From Akkermansiaceae bacterium (GTDB lineage Bacteria; Verrucomicrobiota; Verrucomicrobiia; Verrucomicrobiales; Akkermansiaceae), in contig JBPOGF010000025.1 in assembly GCA_051251915.1 (NCBI GenBank), positions 1 to 48,933 of the forward strand: a stretch of 48,933 nucleotides of DNA, written 5' to 3'. Positions 19,234 to 28,294 of the stretch are shown piece after piece. Both the position numbers and the translations under genes were made by a program. The stretch's first letter is position 1, and every line of letters begins with the position of its first letter. The notes under the pieces are model-generated. The model searched no databases. It was not told where the DNA came from and saw only the letters and a program-made list of their open reading frames with translations.

Positions 19234-20340
19234 ATGAAAATTGGAGTTCCCAAAGAGATTAAAAATCAAGAGCATCGCGTGGCGATGATTCCCGCATCAG
19301 TGCAAGACTTAGTGAAGCGCGGACATGAGGTGTTTGTCCAAAAAGGGGCCGGTGAAGGCTCAAGTTATACGGATGAACAGTATGTAACCTGTGGAGCTAC
19401 GATACTGGAAACAGCTGAAGAAGTTTTTGCTGCAGCTAAAATGATAGTGAAAGTTAAAGAGCCTCAGCCGTCAGAAGTAGCGATGCTTAATGAAGGGCAT
19501 ATTCTTTTCACTTACCTTCATTTAGCCGCTGATAAAAATCTAACAGAAACATTGGCTGCGACTGGTGCAACGTGTATCGCCTACGAGACAATTAAGGTGA
19601 ATGGTCACTTGCCATTGTTAGAGCCGATGAGTGAGATTGCGGGACGTATGTCAGCGCTGGTCGGAGGATACCATTTAGCAAAACATACTAATGGACGCGG
19701 GATATTACTTGGCGGCGTTCCTGGAGTATTGCCTGGGCGCGTGGTTGTGATCGGTGGGGGGACAGCTGGTGTGAATGCGGCGCGTGTTGCCAAAGGAATT
19801 GGTGCGGATGTGACGATTCTTGAGGTTGATTTTGATAGAATGCGATTCTTAGATATTACGATGGAAGGTGCACGGACTGTGTTTTCTACGGAGGCGAATC
19901 TAAGTGAGTTGTTGCCACGTGTTGATCTTGTGATTGGTGCGGTTTTAGTACCAGGAGCTGCGGCACCGAAGTTGATTAACCGTAAGATGCTACGTATGAT
20001 GCAGCCGGGTTCAGTGTTTGTGGATATAGCTGTGGATCAGGGTGGGTGCTCGGAGACAACGAGAGCGACTACGCATGAAGATCCTACTTATATTGAGGAA
20101 GGTGTGGTGCATTACTGTGTGGCTAACATGCCAGGAGCGTATGCTAGAACTGCTACCCAGGCGCTTAATAATGTGACTCACGGGTGGATGGCACTTATAG
20201 CTGATTTTGGCGTGAAAGAAGCTAATGCGAAACGTGAGCAGCTTGCTGGTGGTATTAATTGTATGGCTGGCAAGGTGACTTGTGAGCCAGTGGCGGCAGC
20301 GCATGGGATTGATTACGTAGATCCCATTACGCTGCTATAA
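19234..20340 (+). CDS. ald: Alanine dehydrogenase
   Basis: IGVPKEIKNQEHRV, KVKEP, YLHLA, PMSEIAGR, DIAVDQGGC, YCVANMPG. Confidence 0.96.
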   Translation: MKIGVPKEIKNQEHRVAMIPASVQDLVKRGHEVFVQKGAGEGSSYTDEQYVTCGATILETAEEVFAAAKMIVKVKEPQPSEVAMLNEGHILFTYLHLAADKNLTETLAATGATCIAYETIKVNGHLPLLEPMSEIAGRMSALVGGYHLAKHTNGRGILLGGVPGVLPGRVVVIGGGTAGVNAARVAKGIGADVTILEVDFDRMRFLDITMEGARTVFSTEANLSELLPRVDLVIGAVLVPGAAAPKLINRKMLRMMQPGSVFVDIAVDQGGCSETTRATTHEDPTYIEEGVVHYCVANMPGAYARTATQALNNVTHGWMALIADFGVKEANAKREQLAGGINCMAGKVTCEPVAAAHGIDYVDPITLL

Positions 20341-20359
20341 ACTTTATTTAGTTAGGATG

Positions 20360-21397
20360 TTATAGTGCGGCTTGTGTTTCTTTCACAAGCTGCACTGTTG
20401 CGTCCCAGTTAATGCATTTGTCGGTGATGGACTGACCGTATGTTAGGTCTGCTAGGGGTTGTGGGAACTTTTGGTTTCCTTCTACTAGGTGGCTTTCTAA
20501 CATGGCGCCGATGATCTTGGTATTGCCTGCGGCGCGCTGGGCTACGATGTCGCGGTAGACGTCTGGCATTAGCTCATGGTTTTTCTGGCAGTTGGCGTGT
20601 GAGGCATCGATCATGATGCTGTTGCATGCTCCTTTTTTGGTGAGGAGTTCGACTGTTTCTGCGACGTGCTGAGCTGAGTAGTTGGGGCCATTGTCTCCGC
20701 CACGTAGGATGATGTGGCAGTCTGGGTTACCTGATGTGGTGACGGCTGAGGCTACGCCTTGCTCTGAGACTCCGAGGAATGTTTGTGGCTGGGTGGATGC
20801 GTTGATTGCATTTACTGCGGCTACTAGGTCACCAGTAGTTGTGTTCTTGAATCCGAGTGGCATGGAGAGTCCGGATGCCATTTGGCGGTGAGTTTGGCTT
20901 TCAGTGGTGCGTGCTCCGATAGCTGACCATGAGATGAGGTCGGCGATGTATTGTGGAGTGATAGGATCTAAGAGTTCAGTGGCAGTTGGGAGTCCGATGT
21001 CGATGATTTCGCGGAGGAATGTGCGGGCTTTTCTGAGTCCTTCAGGGATGTTGTCTGAGCCATCTAGAGCAGGGTCCATGATGAGACCTTTCCAGCCTAC
21101 GGTGGTGCGTGGTTTCTCGAAGTACACGCGCATGACGATGTAGACTTTGTCTTTCACTTCTTCTGCGAGCTTGGCGAGTTTTTTGGCGTATTCGATGCCG
21201 GCCTTGGTGTCGTGGATGGAGCATGGGCCTACTATGAGGAGGAATCTTGGATCAGTTCCGGCGAGGATGGCGCGGATGATGTCGCGAGATTCAGCCATGA
21301 AGGCTGCTTGGTCTTCGCTGCGGCTGACTTCTGATTGGAGAAGTGCAGGGGCAGGGAGTGGGATATTTTTAGTGATGTGTAGGTCTGATACTTGCAT
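20360..21397 (-). CDS. Class I-alpha DAHP synthase (AroF/G/H type)
   Basis: GPCSIHD, RVYFEKPRTTVGWKG, IGARTTESQTHR, DASHAN, YGQSITD.C; start MQVSDL at 21397. Confidence 0.95.
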   Translation of the reverse strand: MQVSDLHITKNIPLPAPALLQSEVSRSEDQAAFMAESRDIIRAILAGTDPRFLLIVGPCSIHDTKAGIEYAKKLAKLAEEVKDKVYIVMRVYFEKPRTTVGWKGLIMDPALDGSDNIPEGLRKARTFLREIIDIGLPTATELLDPITPQYIADLISWSAIGARTTESQTHRQMASGLSMPLGFKNTTTGDLVAAVNAINASTQPQTFLGVSEQGVASAVTTSGNPDCHIILRGGDNGPNYSAQHVAETVELLTKKGACNSIMIDASHANCQKNHELMPDVYRDIVAQRAAGNTKIIGAMLESHLVEGNQKFPQPLADLTYGQSITDKCINWDATVQLVKETQAAL

Positions 21398-21416
21398 GAT
21401 ATTTTGTTGTTTGAAA

Positions 21417-22691
21417 TTAGAGTGCTGATTCGATGTCTGCGATGATGTCATCGATGTGTTCGATTCCGATGGATAGACGGATAAGTCCAGGGGTTATTCC
21501 TCCGGATGCTTGTTGCTCAGGGTTGAGTTGTGAGTGAGTGGTGGATGCTGGGTGGATGGCTAGAGACTTAGCGTCACCTAGGTTGGCTAGGTGAGAGAAC
21601 ATGCTTAATCCTTCGATGAATTTTTTGCCTGCATCTTGTCCGCCTTTGATCTCGAAGATGACGACTGATCCGCCTTTTCCGGATTGGTATTTCTGGTTGC
21701 GTTCGTATTCAGAATCGTTTTCTAGACCTGGGAACTTTACCCATTCTACTGATGAGTGAGACTGGAGGTGCTTGGCTACTGCGAGGGCATTTTCGCAGTG
21801 TCTGTCCATGCGGAGGTGGAGAGTTTCTATGCCTTGGAGGGCTTGCCATGAGTTATCTGGTGAGATGCAGGCACCTAGGTTTCTGAGTGGGACAGTGCGC
21901 ATACGGAGAATGTAGGCTAGGGGAGCGAGTGGCTCTGGGAGGTCATGCCCCCAACGGAGTCCGTGGTAGGATGTGTCTGGCTCGTCGAAGAGTGGGTGTC
22001 TGCCTGCGGACCAGTTGAATTTACCTGAGTCTATAACGATGCCTCCAAGGATGGTGCCATGGCCGGCTAGCCACTTGGTGAGTGAGTGGACGACGATGTC
22101 TGCACCGTGTTCGATGGGGCGGCAGAGGTGAGGGGTGGAGTAGGTGGCGTCAACGATGAGAGGGAGGCCGTTTTTGTGTGCGACGTTTGCCATCATTTCG
22201 AGGTCCATGACTTCGGACGCTGGGTTAGAGATAGTTTCTGTGAATACTGCGCGGGTTTTGTCATCGATGGCAGCTTCGATGGCCGCAGGGTCGTTTGCGT
22301 TGACAAATTTGACGTTGATTCCTAGGGCGGGGAGGATGTTGTTGAACTGGGTGTAGGTGCCGCCGTAGAGGTTGGATGAGGAGATGATGTTGTCACCGGC
22401 TTGGGCGAGGTTAATGATGGCGTAGAAGATGGCTGATGTTCCTGAGGCTAGTGCTAGGCCACCCATTTCGTGAGCACCTTCGAGGAGGGAGACGCGTTTT
22501 TCTAAGACGTCAGTAGTTGGGTTTTGGAGACGAGTGTAGATGTTTCCTAGTTCTTTTAAGGCAAAAAGGTTTGCTGCGTGCTCGGTGGAGTTAAACACAT
22601 ATGAGGACGTTCTATAGATGGGAAGGGCACGTGAATTTGTGGTAGGGTCTGGCTGTTGGCCACCGTGTAGGCATAATGTTTCTCGCTTCAT
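21417..22691 (-). CDS. metY: O-acetylhomoserine sulfhydrylase
   Basis: GNIYTRLQNPT, LYGGT, HSLTKW (PLP Lys), HLANLGDAKSL.IHPASTTH. Confidence 0.92.
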   Translation of the reverse strand: MKRETLCLHGGQQPDPTTNSRALPIYRTSSYVFNSTEHAANLFALKELGNIYTRLQNPTTDVLEKRVSLLEGAHEMGGLALASGTSAIFYAIINLAQAGDNIISSSNLYGGTYTQFNNILPALGINVKFVNANDPAAIEAAIDDKTRAVFTETISNPASEVMDLEMMANVAHKNGLPLIVDATYSTPHLCRPIEHGADIVVHSLTKWLAGHGTILGGIVIDSGKFNWSAGRHPLFDEPDTSYHGLRWGHDLPEPLAPLAYILRMRTVPLRNLGACISPDNSWQALQGIETLHLRMDRHCENALAVAKHLQSHSSVEWVKFPGLENDSEYERNQKYQSGKGGSVVIFEIKGGQDAGKKFIEGLSMFSHLANLGDAKSLAIHPASTTHSQLNPEQQASGGITPGLIRLSIGIEHIDDIIADIESAL

Positions 22692-22787
22692 AGAGAGATA
22701 TGTATAGAGCAATAAGTGGAGGATAAAAGCAAAGAAGTATCTATTTTTGTGTTTGGTCTGTCATGATATTTCTGATCATACTAGAGC

Positions 22788-23879
22788 ATGATAAAAATAA
22801 TGATATTTAGTGCTATTTCTGTGTTGCCCCTGAGTGCTGCGAAAGTACCTGTATATTTGGGAAGTGGTTCAGATTCTGGAGTTTCTTATGTTTTGCTTGA
22901 TTCTGAGACTGGGGAGCTTTCGGCGCTTAAGCAAGCAGTGCAGACTTCATCCCCGGGGTCTCTGGCGCTTTCTGAGGATAAGAAATATATGTTTACTGTT
23001 GGGAGGAAGAAAGGTGAGGAAATGGGTTTTGTAGCATCATTTTCTTGTGAGGATGATGGGAGCTTGAAGCTGGTCAGTGAGCAAAGCTCAATGGGCTCGG
23101 GGCCATGCCATGTGTCTCTGGATAGCACTTCAAGGGTTTTATTTGTGGCTAACTATTCCAGTGGTAGTGTGACGAGTTATAAGGTGGATGCAGCAGGTAA
23201 ACTATCTGAACCTGTAAGTCATTATCAGAATGAGGGGAGTAGTGTGAATGAGCGACGTCAAAATGGACCTCATGCTCATTCTATCTATGCTTCTCCTGAT
23301 AATAAATTTGTTTATTCGGCTGATCTGGGGACGGATAAGGTGATGATTTACAAGCTGGATGCTATGACGGGAAAACTTACCCCTAGCGGTAGTGGAGAAG
23401 TTCCTGCTGGGAGTGGGCCTAGGCATATGGCATTCTCTGGTAATGGGGAAAAACTTTATGTTCTCAATGAGCTCACTTTAACAGTTTCTCAGTTTGCTAG
23501 AGATGCAGAATCTGGAGCGTTAGTATTAGAGGCTAGCAAGCCGGTGATGGCAGAACTCAGAGAGAAGATGACTTGTTCTGAGATTCAGCTTTCTGGAGAT
23601 GATAAGTTTATTTATATTGCATCTAGAGATTTAGATGGTCAGAAGCGGGACATTATTTCTGTGCTTAATGCTGGGGATCTTAGCATCATTCAAGAGCAGC
23701 CAACTGGGGCGTGGATTCCAAGGCATTTTGGGATTTCGCCATCTGGGAAATGGTTTCTGATAGCTGGGCAACGAGACAATAAAGTAGTGGTTCATGCCCG
23801 CGACCCTATAAGTGGTAAACTGTCTTCAACGCCGCATGGTGTGGAGACACAGACCCCTATGTGGATTTTATTTCCGTAG
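22788..23879 (+). CDS. pgl: Lactonase family (6-phosphogluconolactonase-like) beta-propeller, signal peptide
   Basis: GPCHVS, VANYSSG, RQ.GPHAHS, ADLGTD, GSGPRH, PRHF. Confidence 0.85.
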   Translation: MIKIMIFSAISVLPLSAAKVPVYLGSGSDSGVSYVLLDSETGELSALKQAVQTSSPGSLALSEDKKYMFTVGRKKGEEMGFVASFSCEDDGSLKLVSEQSSMGSGPCHVSLDSTSRVLFVANYSSGSVTSYKVDAAGKLSEPVSHYQNEGSSVNERRQNGPHAHSIYASPDNKFVYSADLGTDKVMIYKLDAMTGKLTPSGSGEVPAGSGPRHMAFSGNGEKLYVLNELTLTVSQFARDAESGALVLEASKPVMAELREKMTCSEIQLSGDDKFIYIASRDLDGQKRDIISVLNAGDLSIIQEQPTGAWIPRHFGISPSGKWFLIAGQRDNKVVVHARDPISGKLSSTPHGVETQTPMWILFP

Positions 23880-23903
23880 GTTTAGTAGTATTTAAAATGA
23901 ATC

Positions 23904-23945
23904 AAAAAAAATGGCCATCAGTTGGGAAACTGATGGCCATTTTTG
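23904..23945. terminator. Bidirectional terminator
   Basis: AAAAATGGCCATCAGTT / AACTGATGGCCATTTTT between convergent genes. Confidence 0.9.
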
Positions 23946-23958
23946 GTATATGAATTTG

Positions 23959-24417
23959 TTATTCGGCGTCTTTTTTCTCGGCGTCAGCTTTGGCTGGGTC
24001 GACGAGGTCTTTGACTGTGAGCATTGGTTTGCCTACTTCATCACGGAGCTTTTTGACCATGTCTGCTGTGACTGCACCGGCTTTGTTACCGAAGTTGCTG
24101 CGCACATACGTGAGGATGGTGGCGATTTCTTCATCAGTCATGGTAGCATTTGGTGGCATGACTGAGTTGTATTTAGCACCTTTTACAGTGATTTCACCCA
24201 TGAGTCCGCGAAGTTGGATGCGGATGAGGTTTTCTGCTGGGCCATTGACCCACTCAGATTCTGCGAGTGGTGGGAATACGTTAGGTAGTCCTGCTCCATT
24301 TGCCTGGTGACAAGCGAAGCATTTTGCTTGGTAGAGTTCTGGTGTGGCGAATGTTGGTAACAGGCTGGCTGCCATGGCGGCACCTGCTAATAATGTAAAT
24401 TTGAAAGATTTGTTCAT
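23959..24417 (-). CDS. Class I cytochrome c
   Basis: Signal peptide; CFACH; FPPLA; MPP axial Met. Confidence 0.92.
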   Translation of the reverse strand: MNKSFKFTLLAGAAMAASLLPTFATPELYQAKCFACHQANGAGLPNVFPPLAESEWVNGPAENLIRIQLRGLMGEITVKGAKYNSVMPPNATMTDEEIATILTYVRSNFGNKAGAVTADMVKKLRDEVGKPMLTVKDLVDPAKADAEKKDAE

Positions 24418-24493
24418 AGTTCTTGGATTATAAACTCAGATTTACTCTTCGTAAAGAGACTTTCTTGAGGAAATTATTTTAGTGCGGGGGAGC

Positions 24494-25393
24494 TTAGTAG
24501 TCTCTGTCTAACAGGTAGTGGGCGATTTGTTCGAGTCTGGCGGCCTTTTTGCCGAGAGGCTTGAGAGCATCAAGCGATTTCTTGGTGAGTCTCGCGGCTT
24601 CCTTGCGTGATTTTTCTAGGCCCAAGATAGCTGGATAGGTTGACTTATCTACGGCTTCGTCTTTGCCGGCGGTTTTGCCGAGTTGCTCGGTGGTCTGGGT
24701 GACATCTAGGATGTCGTCAATGACCTGGAATGCGAGACCTAGGTTGTAGCCGAAATCTGTGAGTGCTTGGAGTTTTGCAGGGGTAACATTTGCTGTCATG
24801 GCTCCAAGTCGGATGGAGGAGGTGAGGAGGGCTGCTGTTTTTGCTTCGTGGATCTGGATGAGTTGCTTTTTGGTGAGCGATTTTCCTTCTCCTTCAAGAT
24901 CTAAGATTTGGCCGCCGATGAGATTTCTGCTGCCGCCGGTGACAGCGAGCTCGCTGACGTATTCTTTGGCGGAGTATCTCTTGGTAGATGGGGTCTGAGC
25001 GATGATGATGAATGCTTCTGTTAGCAGAGCGTCACCACAGAGGACGGCGACGCCTTCTCCGTAGACTTTGTGACTGGTGGGGCGACCGCGCCTGAGGTCG
25101 TCATCGTCCATGCAGGGGAGGTCATCATGCACGAGTGAATAGGTGTGCATGATCTCTACGGCGCAGGCGGGTGCTAGGGCGTTCTGATGATCTCCACCGC
25201 AGGCTTCGGCAGCAGCGAGGCAGAGAATGGGACGTAGCCTTTTGCCTCCGGCAAAGATGCTGTAGCGCATTGCTTTGTGGATGGTAGCGGGGCGGACGTT
25301 TTCTCTGGGGAGCTGTTTTTTAAGCTCAGCGTCCACGAGTTTCTGCTGAGCTTTAAGCCATGGTTTTATTTCAAGATCTAGATCGCTCATCAT
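24494..25393 (-). CDS. ispA: Polyprenyl (FPP/GGPP) synthase
   Basis: GGKRLRP, HDDLPCMDDDDLRRG, FQVIDDILD, GKTAGKD; start at MMSDL, the ORF-track N-terminal extension overlaps asd. Confidence 0.92.
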   Translation of the reverse strand: MMSDLDLEIKPWLKAQQKLVDAELKKQLPRENVRPATIHKAMRYSIFAGGKRLRPILCLAAAEACGGDHQNALAPACAVEIMHTYSLVHDDLPCMDDDDLRRGRPTSHKVYGEGVAVLCGDALLTEAFIIIAQTPSTKRYSAKEYVSELAVTGGSRNLIGGQILDLEGEGKSLTKKQLIQIHEAKTAALLTSSIRLGAMTANVTPAKLQALTDFGYNLGLAFQVIDDILDVTQTTEQLGKTAGKDEAVDKSTYPAILGLEKSRKEAARLTKKSLDALKPLGKKAARLEQIAHYLLDRDY

Positions 25394-25401
25394 CAGATTT
25401 A

Positions 25402-26412
25402 TTAGATGATTTCTGCGATTTGCACAGCGTTGAGGGCCGCACCTTTGCGGACTTGATCTCCGACAACCCAGATTGTGAGGGCATTGTCTTGGACTTGGTC
25501 TTTTCTGATTCGGCCTACTAGGCAATCATCTTTGCATGTAGTGTCTAGAGGAACTGGGTAGACGTTGTTTTCCGGATCATCTTTTAGTTGGATTCCTGGT
25601 TGGTTGCTGAAGCATGCTTTGGCTGACGCAACATCGACGGGACGTTCAAACTGTGCAGTGATGGAGACTGAGTGTGAGCGGTAGACTGGGACTCGTACGC
25701 AGGTGCAGGTGACTTTTAGGTCTGGAAGTTGCAGGATTTTCTGACTTTCGAAGAGCATTTTTTGTTCTTCTTTGGTGTAGCCGTTTTCGAGGAAGACGTC
25801 TACATGTGGGATCACGTTTGAGGCGATCTGCACAGGGTAGACGTTCATGTCATCTGAAGTGACTTCTTTGCCTTCTGCGAGTAGTTTATTTTGCTGTTCT
25901 AGCTCAGTGATGCCTGCAGCACCGCTACCGGATACAGCTTGGTAGGATGATGCGATGACAGACTTGAGTCCGAATTGCTTGTGAAGAGGGAACAGAGCCA
26001 TCAGTGAAATGATGGTGGTGCAGTTGGGGTTGGCGATGATATTCTTAGGTGTAGATTTAGCCGCTTCTGGGTTGATCTCAGGGACGACGAGTGGAACATC
26101 TGGATCCATGCGGAAGGCGGATGAGTTATCGATAACGATACATCCAGCCTTGGCGGCAGATGGTGCATACTCGAGTGAAATACCGCCGCCAGCGGAGAAG
26201 AGAGCAACGTCGATTCCCTCGAAGCTGTCATGGGTGAGTTCTTGGATTGTAATTTCCTGACCGCAATATGTTCTGGTCTGGCCAGCAGATCTGGCAGACG
26301 CAAGTAGAGTAAGTTTTCTCATAGGGAAGTTCCTCTCTGCGAGGCAGTTAAGCATTTCTTCTCCTACGGCGCCAGTGGCGCCTACGATAGCGATGTGTTT
26401 TTGTTGATTCAT
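25402..26412 (-). CDS. asd: Aspartate-semialdehyde dehydrogenase
   Basis: GATGAVG, DNSSAFRM, ANPNCTT, QAVSGSG, CVRVPV..HS, RKGAALNAVQIAE. Confidence 0.96.
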   Translation of the reverse strand: MNQQKHIAIVGATGAVGEEMLNCLAERNFPMRKLTLLASARSAGQTRTYCGQEITIQELTHDSFEGIDVALFSAGGGISLEYAPSAAKAGCIVIDNSSAFRMDPDVPLVVPEINPEAAKSTPKNIIANPNCTTIISLMALFPLHKQFGLKSVIASSYQAVSGSGAAGITELEQQNKLLAEGKEVTSDDMNVYPVQIASNVIPHVDVFLENGYTKEEQKMLFESQKILQLPDLKVTCTCVRVPVYRSHSVSITAQFERPVDVASAKACFSNQPGIQLKDDPENNVYPVPLDTTCKDDCLVGRIRKDQVQDNALTIWVVGDQVRKGAALNAVQIAEII

Positions 26413-26498
26413 TGTTTAGTGGTTAATTAGAGCGAGCATACTTCAAGTTGGTAAGAAGGCAATGCTAAGTGACGTATGACTAAAAAAATATTCTAATA

Positions 26499-26564
26499 TT
26501 GCTTGCTCAGTGGGATTCTGTGTATAGAATTTCCTTCGTGTTAGGGAGAGTGTTTTTCCCTAGC
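26499..26564 (+). promoter_or_regulatory. Putative sigma70 promoter and 5' leader hairpin of the small-lipoprotein cluster
   Basis: TTGCTC(26503)-N16-TAGAAT(26525); GTTAGGGAGA/TTTCCCTAGC stem at 26540-26564. Confidence 0.45.
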
Positions 26565-26589
26565 ATTTAAACTTAATAAATAAAATAAA

Positions 26590-26727
26590 ATGAAACTAGT
26601 TAAAATCATCTCAATCGTAGCTGCAGCAGCAGGTATCGCTCTTTCAGCATCATGTGGTTCAGCTTCAGCTCCTGCTGAAACTCCATCAGTACCATCAATG
26701 CCTACATACGTAACTCCTGGTAAGTAA
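26590..26727 (+). CDS. Small lipoprotein 1, 45 aa (not in ORF track)
   Basis: MKLVKIISIVAAAAGIALSAS|CGSASAPAETPSVPSMPTYVTPGK; A-rich leader; narrow codon usage. Confidence 0.85.
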   Translation: MKLVKIISIVAAAAGIALSASCGSASAPAETPSVPSMPTYVTPGK

Positions 26728-26745
26728 TTTCTTTCGTTTATACAA

Positions 26746-26838
26746 ATGAAACAATTACTTAAAACAGGTGTCTATGTGCTAGCTGCTGCGGCAGTAACGC
26801 TTCTTAGCGCTAGTTGTGGATGCGGATGTGGCCTCTAG
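26746..26838 (+). CDS. Small lipoprotein 2, 30 aa (not in ORF track)
   Basis: MKQLLKTGVYVLAAAAVTLLSAS|CGCGCGL; same LSASCG box as peptide 1; 18 nt downstream of it. Confidence 0.72.
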   Translation: MKQLLKTGVYVLAAAAVTLLSASCGCGCGL

Positions 26839-26869
26839 TCTGTTAGACTAAGCACAAACATATTTACGT

Positions 26870-26904
26870 AAAGGTAAGCTTTTCTAGGAAGGCTTGCCTT
26901 TTTT
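26870..26904 (+). terminator. Rho-independent terminator after lipoproteins 1-2
   Basis: AAGGTAAGCTTTTC/GAAGGCTTGCCTT followed by T-run. Confidence 0.8.
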
Positions 26905-26958
26905 CTTGCCTATGTGTCTGAGTCGTCCAATATAGAAAACATAACCTACAACAAAATT

Positions 26959-27108
26959 ATGAGAATATTCAAAATTGTAACATTACTGGCCGTGGCAGCG
27001 GGATCGATCACAATCACTTCATGCGGTTGCTGTACTGGCGAAGAGGAAGTTCCGCCACTCAGACCACTACCAAACTTCAGACCGATTCAGGTAGATTACT
27101 CTAAGTAA
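26959..27108 (+). CDS. Small lipoprotein 3, 49 aa
   Basis: MRIFKIVTLLAVAAGSITITS|CGCCTGEEEVPPLRPLPNFRPIQVDYSK; ATG at 26959 preferred to GTG at 26914. Confidence 0.85.
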   Translation: MRIFKIVTLLAVAAGSITITSCGCCTGEEEVPPLRPLPNFRPIQVDYSK

Positions 27109-27152
27109 TTTTATCCAGTTTTACTGAATAAAATATTACTATAAAAAATTTC

Positions 27153-27187
27153 AGCCTTTGCATCTTACGAGATGCAAAGGTTTTTTT
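27153..27187 (+). terminator. Rho-independent terminator after lipoprotein 3
   Basis: CCTTTGCATCT-TACG-AGATGCAAAGG followed by T7. Confidence 0.9.
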
Positions 27188-27221
27188 GCTTTGTGGATGT
27201 GGTTTTGCGAAGCGATTTTAA

Positions 27222-27484
27222 ACCACTCCATAAAAAAATAAGCCAAGTGTTTTCTTAGGGGTGTTTTTGATAGTGCTTCATACATAGAGAAGGCGGGCGC
27301 GTTTGGTTTTTACCTGCGTTATTACTCAGTTATGATGCCCGCATCACTATGCTCTCGGCCCGCTAGTTTCTATGTGCTGACCTGCGCGCGACGGTTTGGC
27401 TATGTTGCTCCGCTCCATGGTCCTCACGCTTTGATAGAGAGAAAAATCACTTCGGCATTTGTCTTATTTTTTTCCTCTAGTTGG
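27222..27484. repeat. MITE-like dispersed repeat, family A copy 2
   Basis: Collinear with 3552-3800; right end CATTTGTCTTATTTTTT is the reverse complement of the copy-1 left end. Confidence 0.75.
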
Positions 27485-27515
27485 CATGGTGCTAGTGGTG
27501 GTTCAGTATAGATCA

Positions 27516-27953
27516 TTAGAGTGAGTATTTAGTCTTCCATCTTGCTGGAATTTCCAAGTTTAAGCCGTATAGGAACCGAATCAATTGACCGTGGTGCGCG
27601 GCTTCGTGTTCAAGTAAATCGATGATGAGTCTGTTTTGTGTGTCTGTGTATGATTCGATATTTTCTAGTGCTTCTTGGACTGCTTTCGAGGATCTGTTTA
27701 GGGCTTCGGCGACTGGAATTTTATCAGAGGTGGATTCTAAGGAGCAGGAGAATCCGGTCCATTTGCCTTCTTTTATAGCATTACTGAAGCTTTCACGGGC
27801 TCCTACGACACACCATAGCTGCTGACCTATTGAATTTGATCGGATTTGAGGCAATTGGGAATTCAGGCTGGCGTTATCGATCGTGTCGACTAAGTCACTG
27901 TAGAGGGTGAATGATCGTTTGAAGCTGTCTTTGATTATGGAGCTAATAGACAT
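27516..27953 (-). CDS. DinB/YfiT-like helical protein
   Basis: SIGQQLWC.VGARE, C-terminal HEAAHHGQL. Confidence 0.7.
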   Translation of the reverse strand: MSISSIIKDSFKRSFTLYSDLVDTIDNASLNSQLPQIRSNSIGQQLWCVVGARESFSNAIKEGKWTGFSCSLESTSDKIPVAEALNRSSKAVQEALENIESYTDTQNRLIIDLLEHEAAHHGQLIRFLYGLNLEIPARWKTKYSL

Positions 27954-28026
27954 GTTTTCTGGTTGGTTGATTGGTGATATCAGAAGAGTGACTAGGACTA
28001 TCTTTTTGTTGTGGCGTATTCACTAT

Positions 28027-28293
28027 TTAGGTTAATGCTTAGGAGCCGCTTCACGGCGTCTGGGAGATCATTTTTCAAGGGGTTATTTCATGACCTCCGT
28101 TGTATGACATCATGGACTACAAAGTCTGCGAAGTTGTTATTGCAAGTTAGGTCATAGAGAGGTTGCTCAGCTTTCATTTTATCTACGTAGTATTCACCAT
28201 CCATAAAAATGGCGAGGCGGGATGGTGTGCTTTCAGGAGGATCTAGCACTCATATTTTACGAGGAAATGCTCCTGATGAGCGTTCGACTGTAT
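28027..28293 (-). pseudogene. Decayed remnant of an enterochelin-esterase-like alpha/beta hydrolase
   Basis: Manual translation: RKI*VLDPP..RLAIFMDGEYY..DLTCNNNFADFVVHDVI, then after frameshifts YNGGHEITP and KNDLPDAVKRLL. Confidence 0.5.
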
Positions 28294-28294
28294 G

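Noticed and set aside
26590..27108. Classical RiPP cluster (lanthipeptide, ranthipeptide) for the Cys-rich peptides
   Set aside because: No radical SAM, LanM/LanB, YcaO or peptidase-transporter nearby; leaders look like SPII signal peptides, not double-glycine leaders
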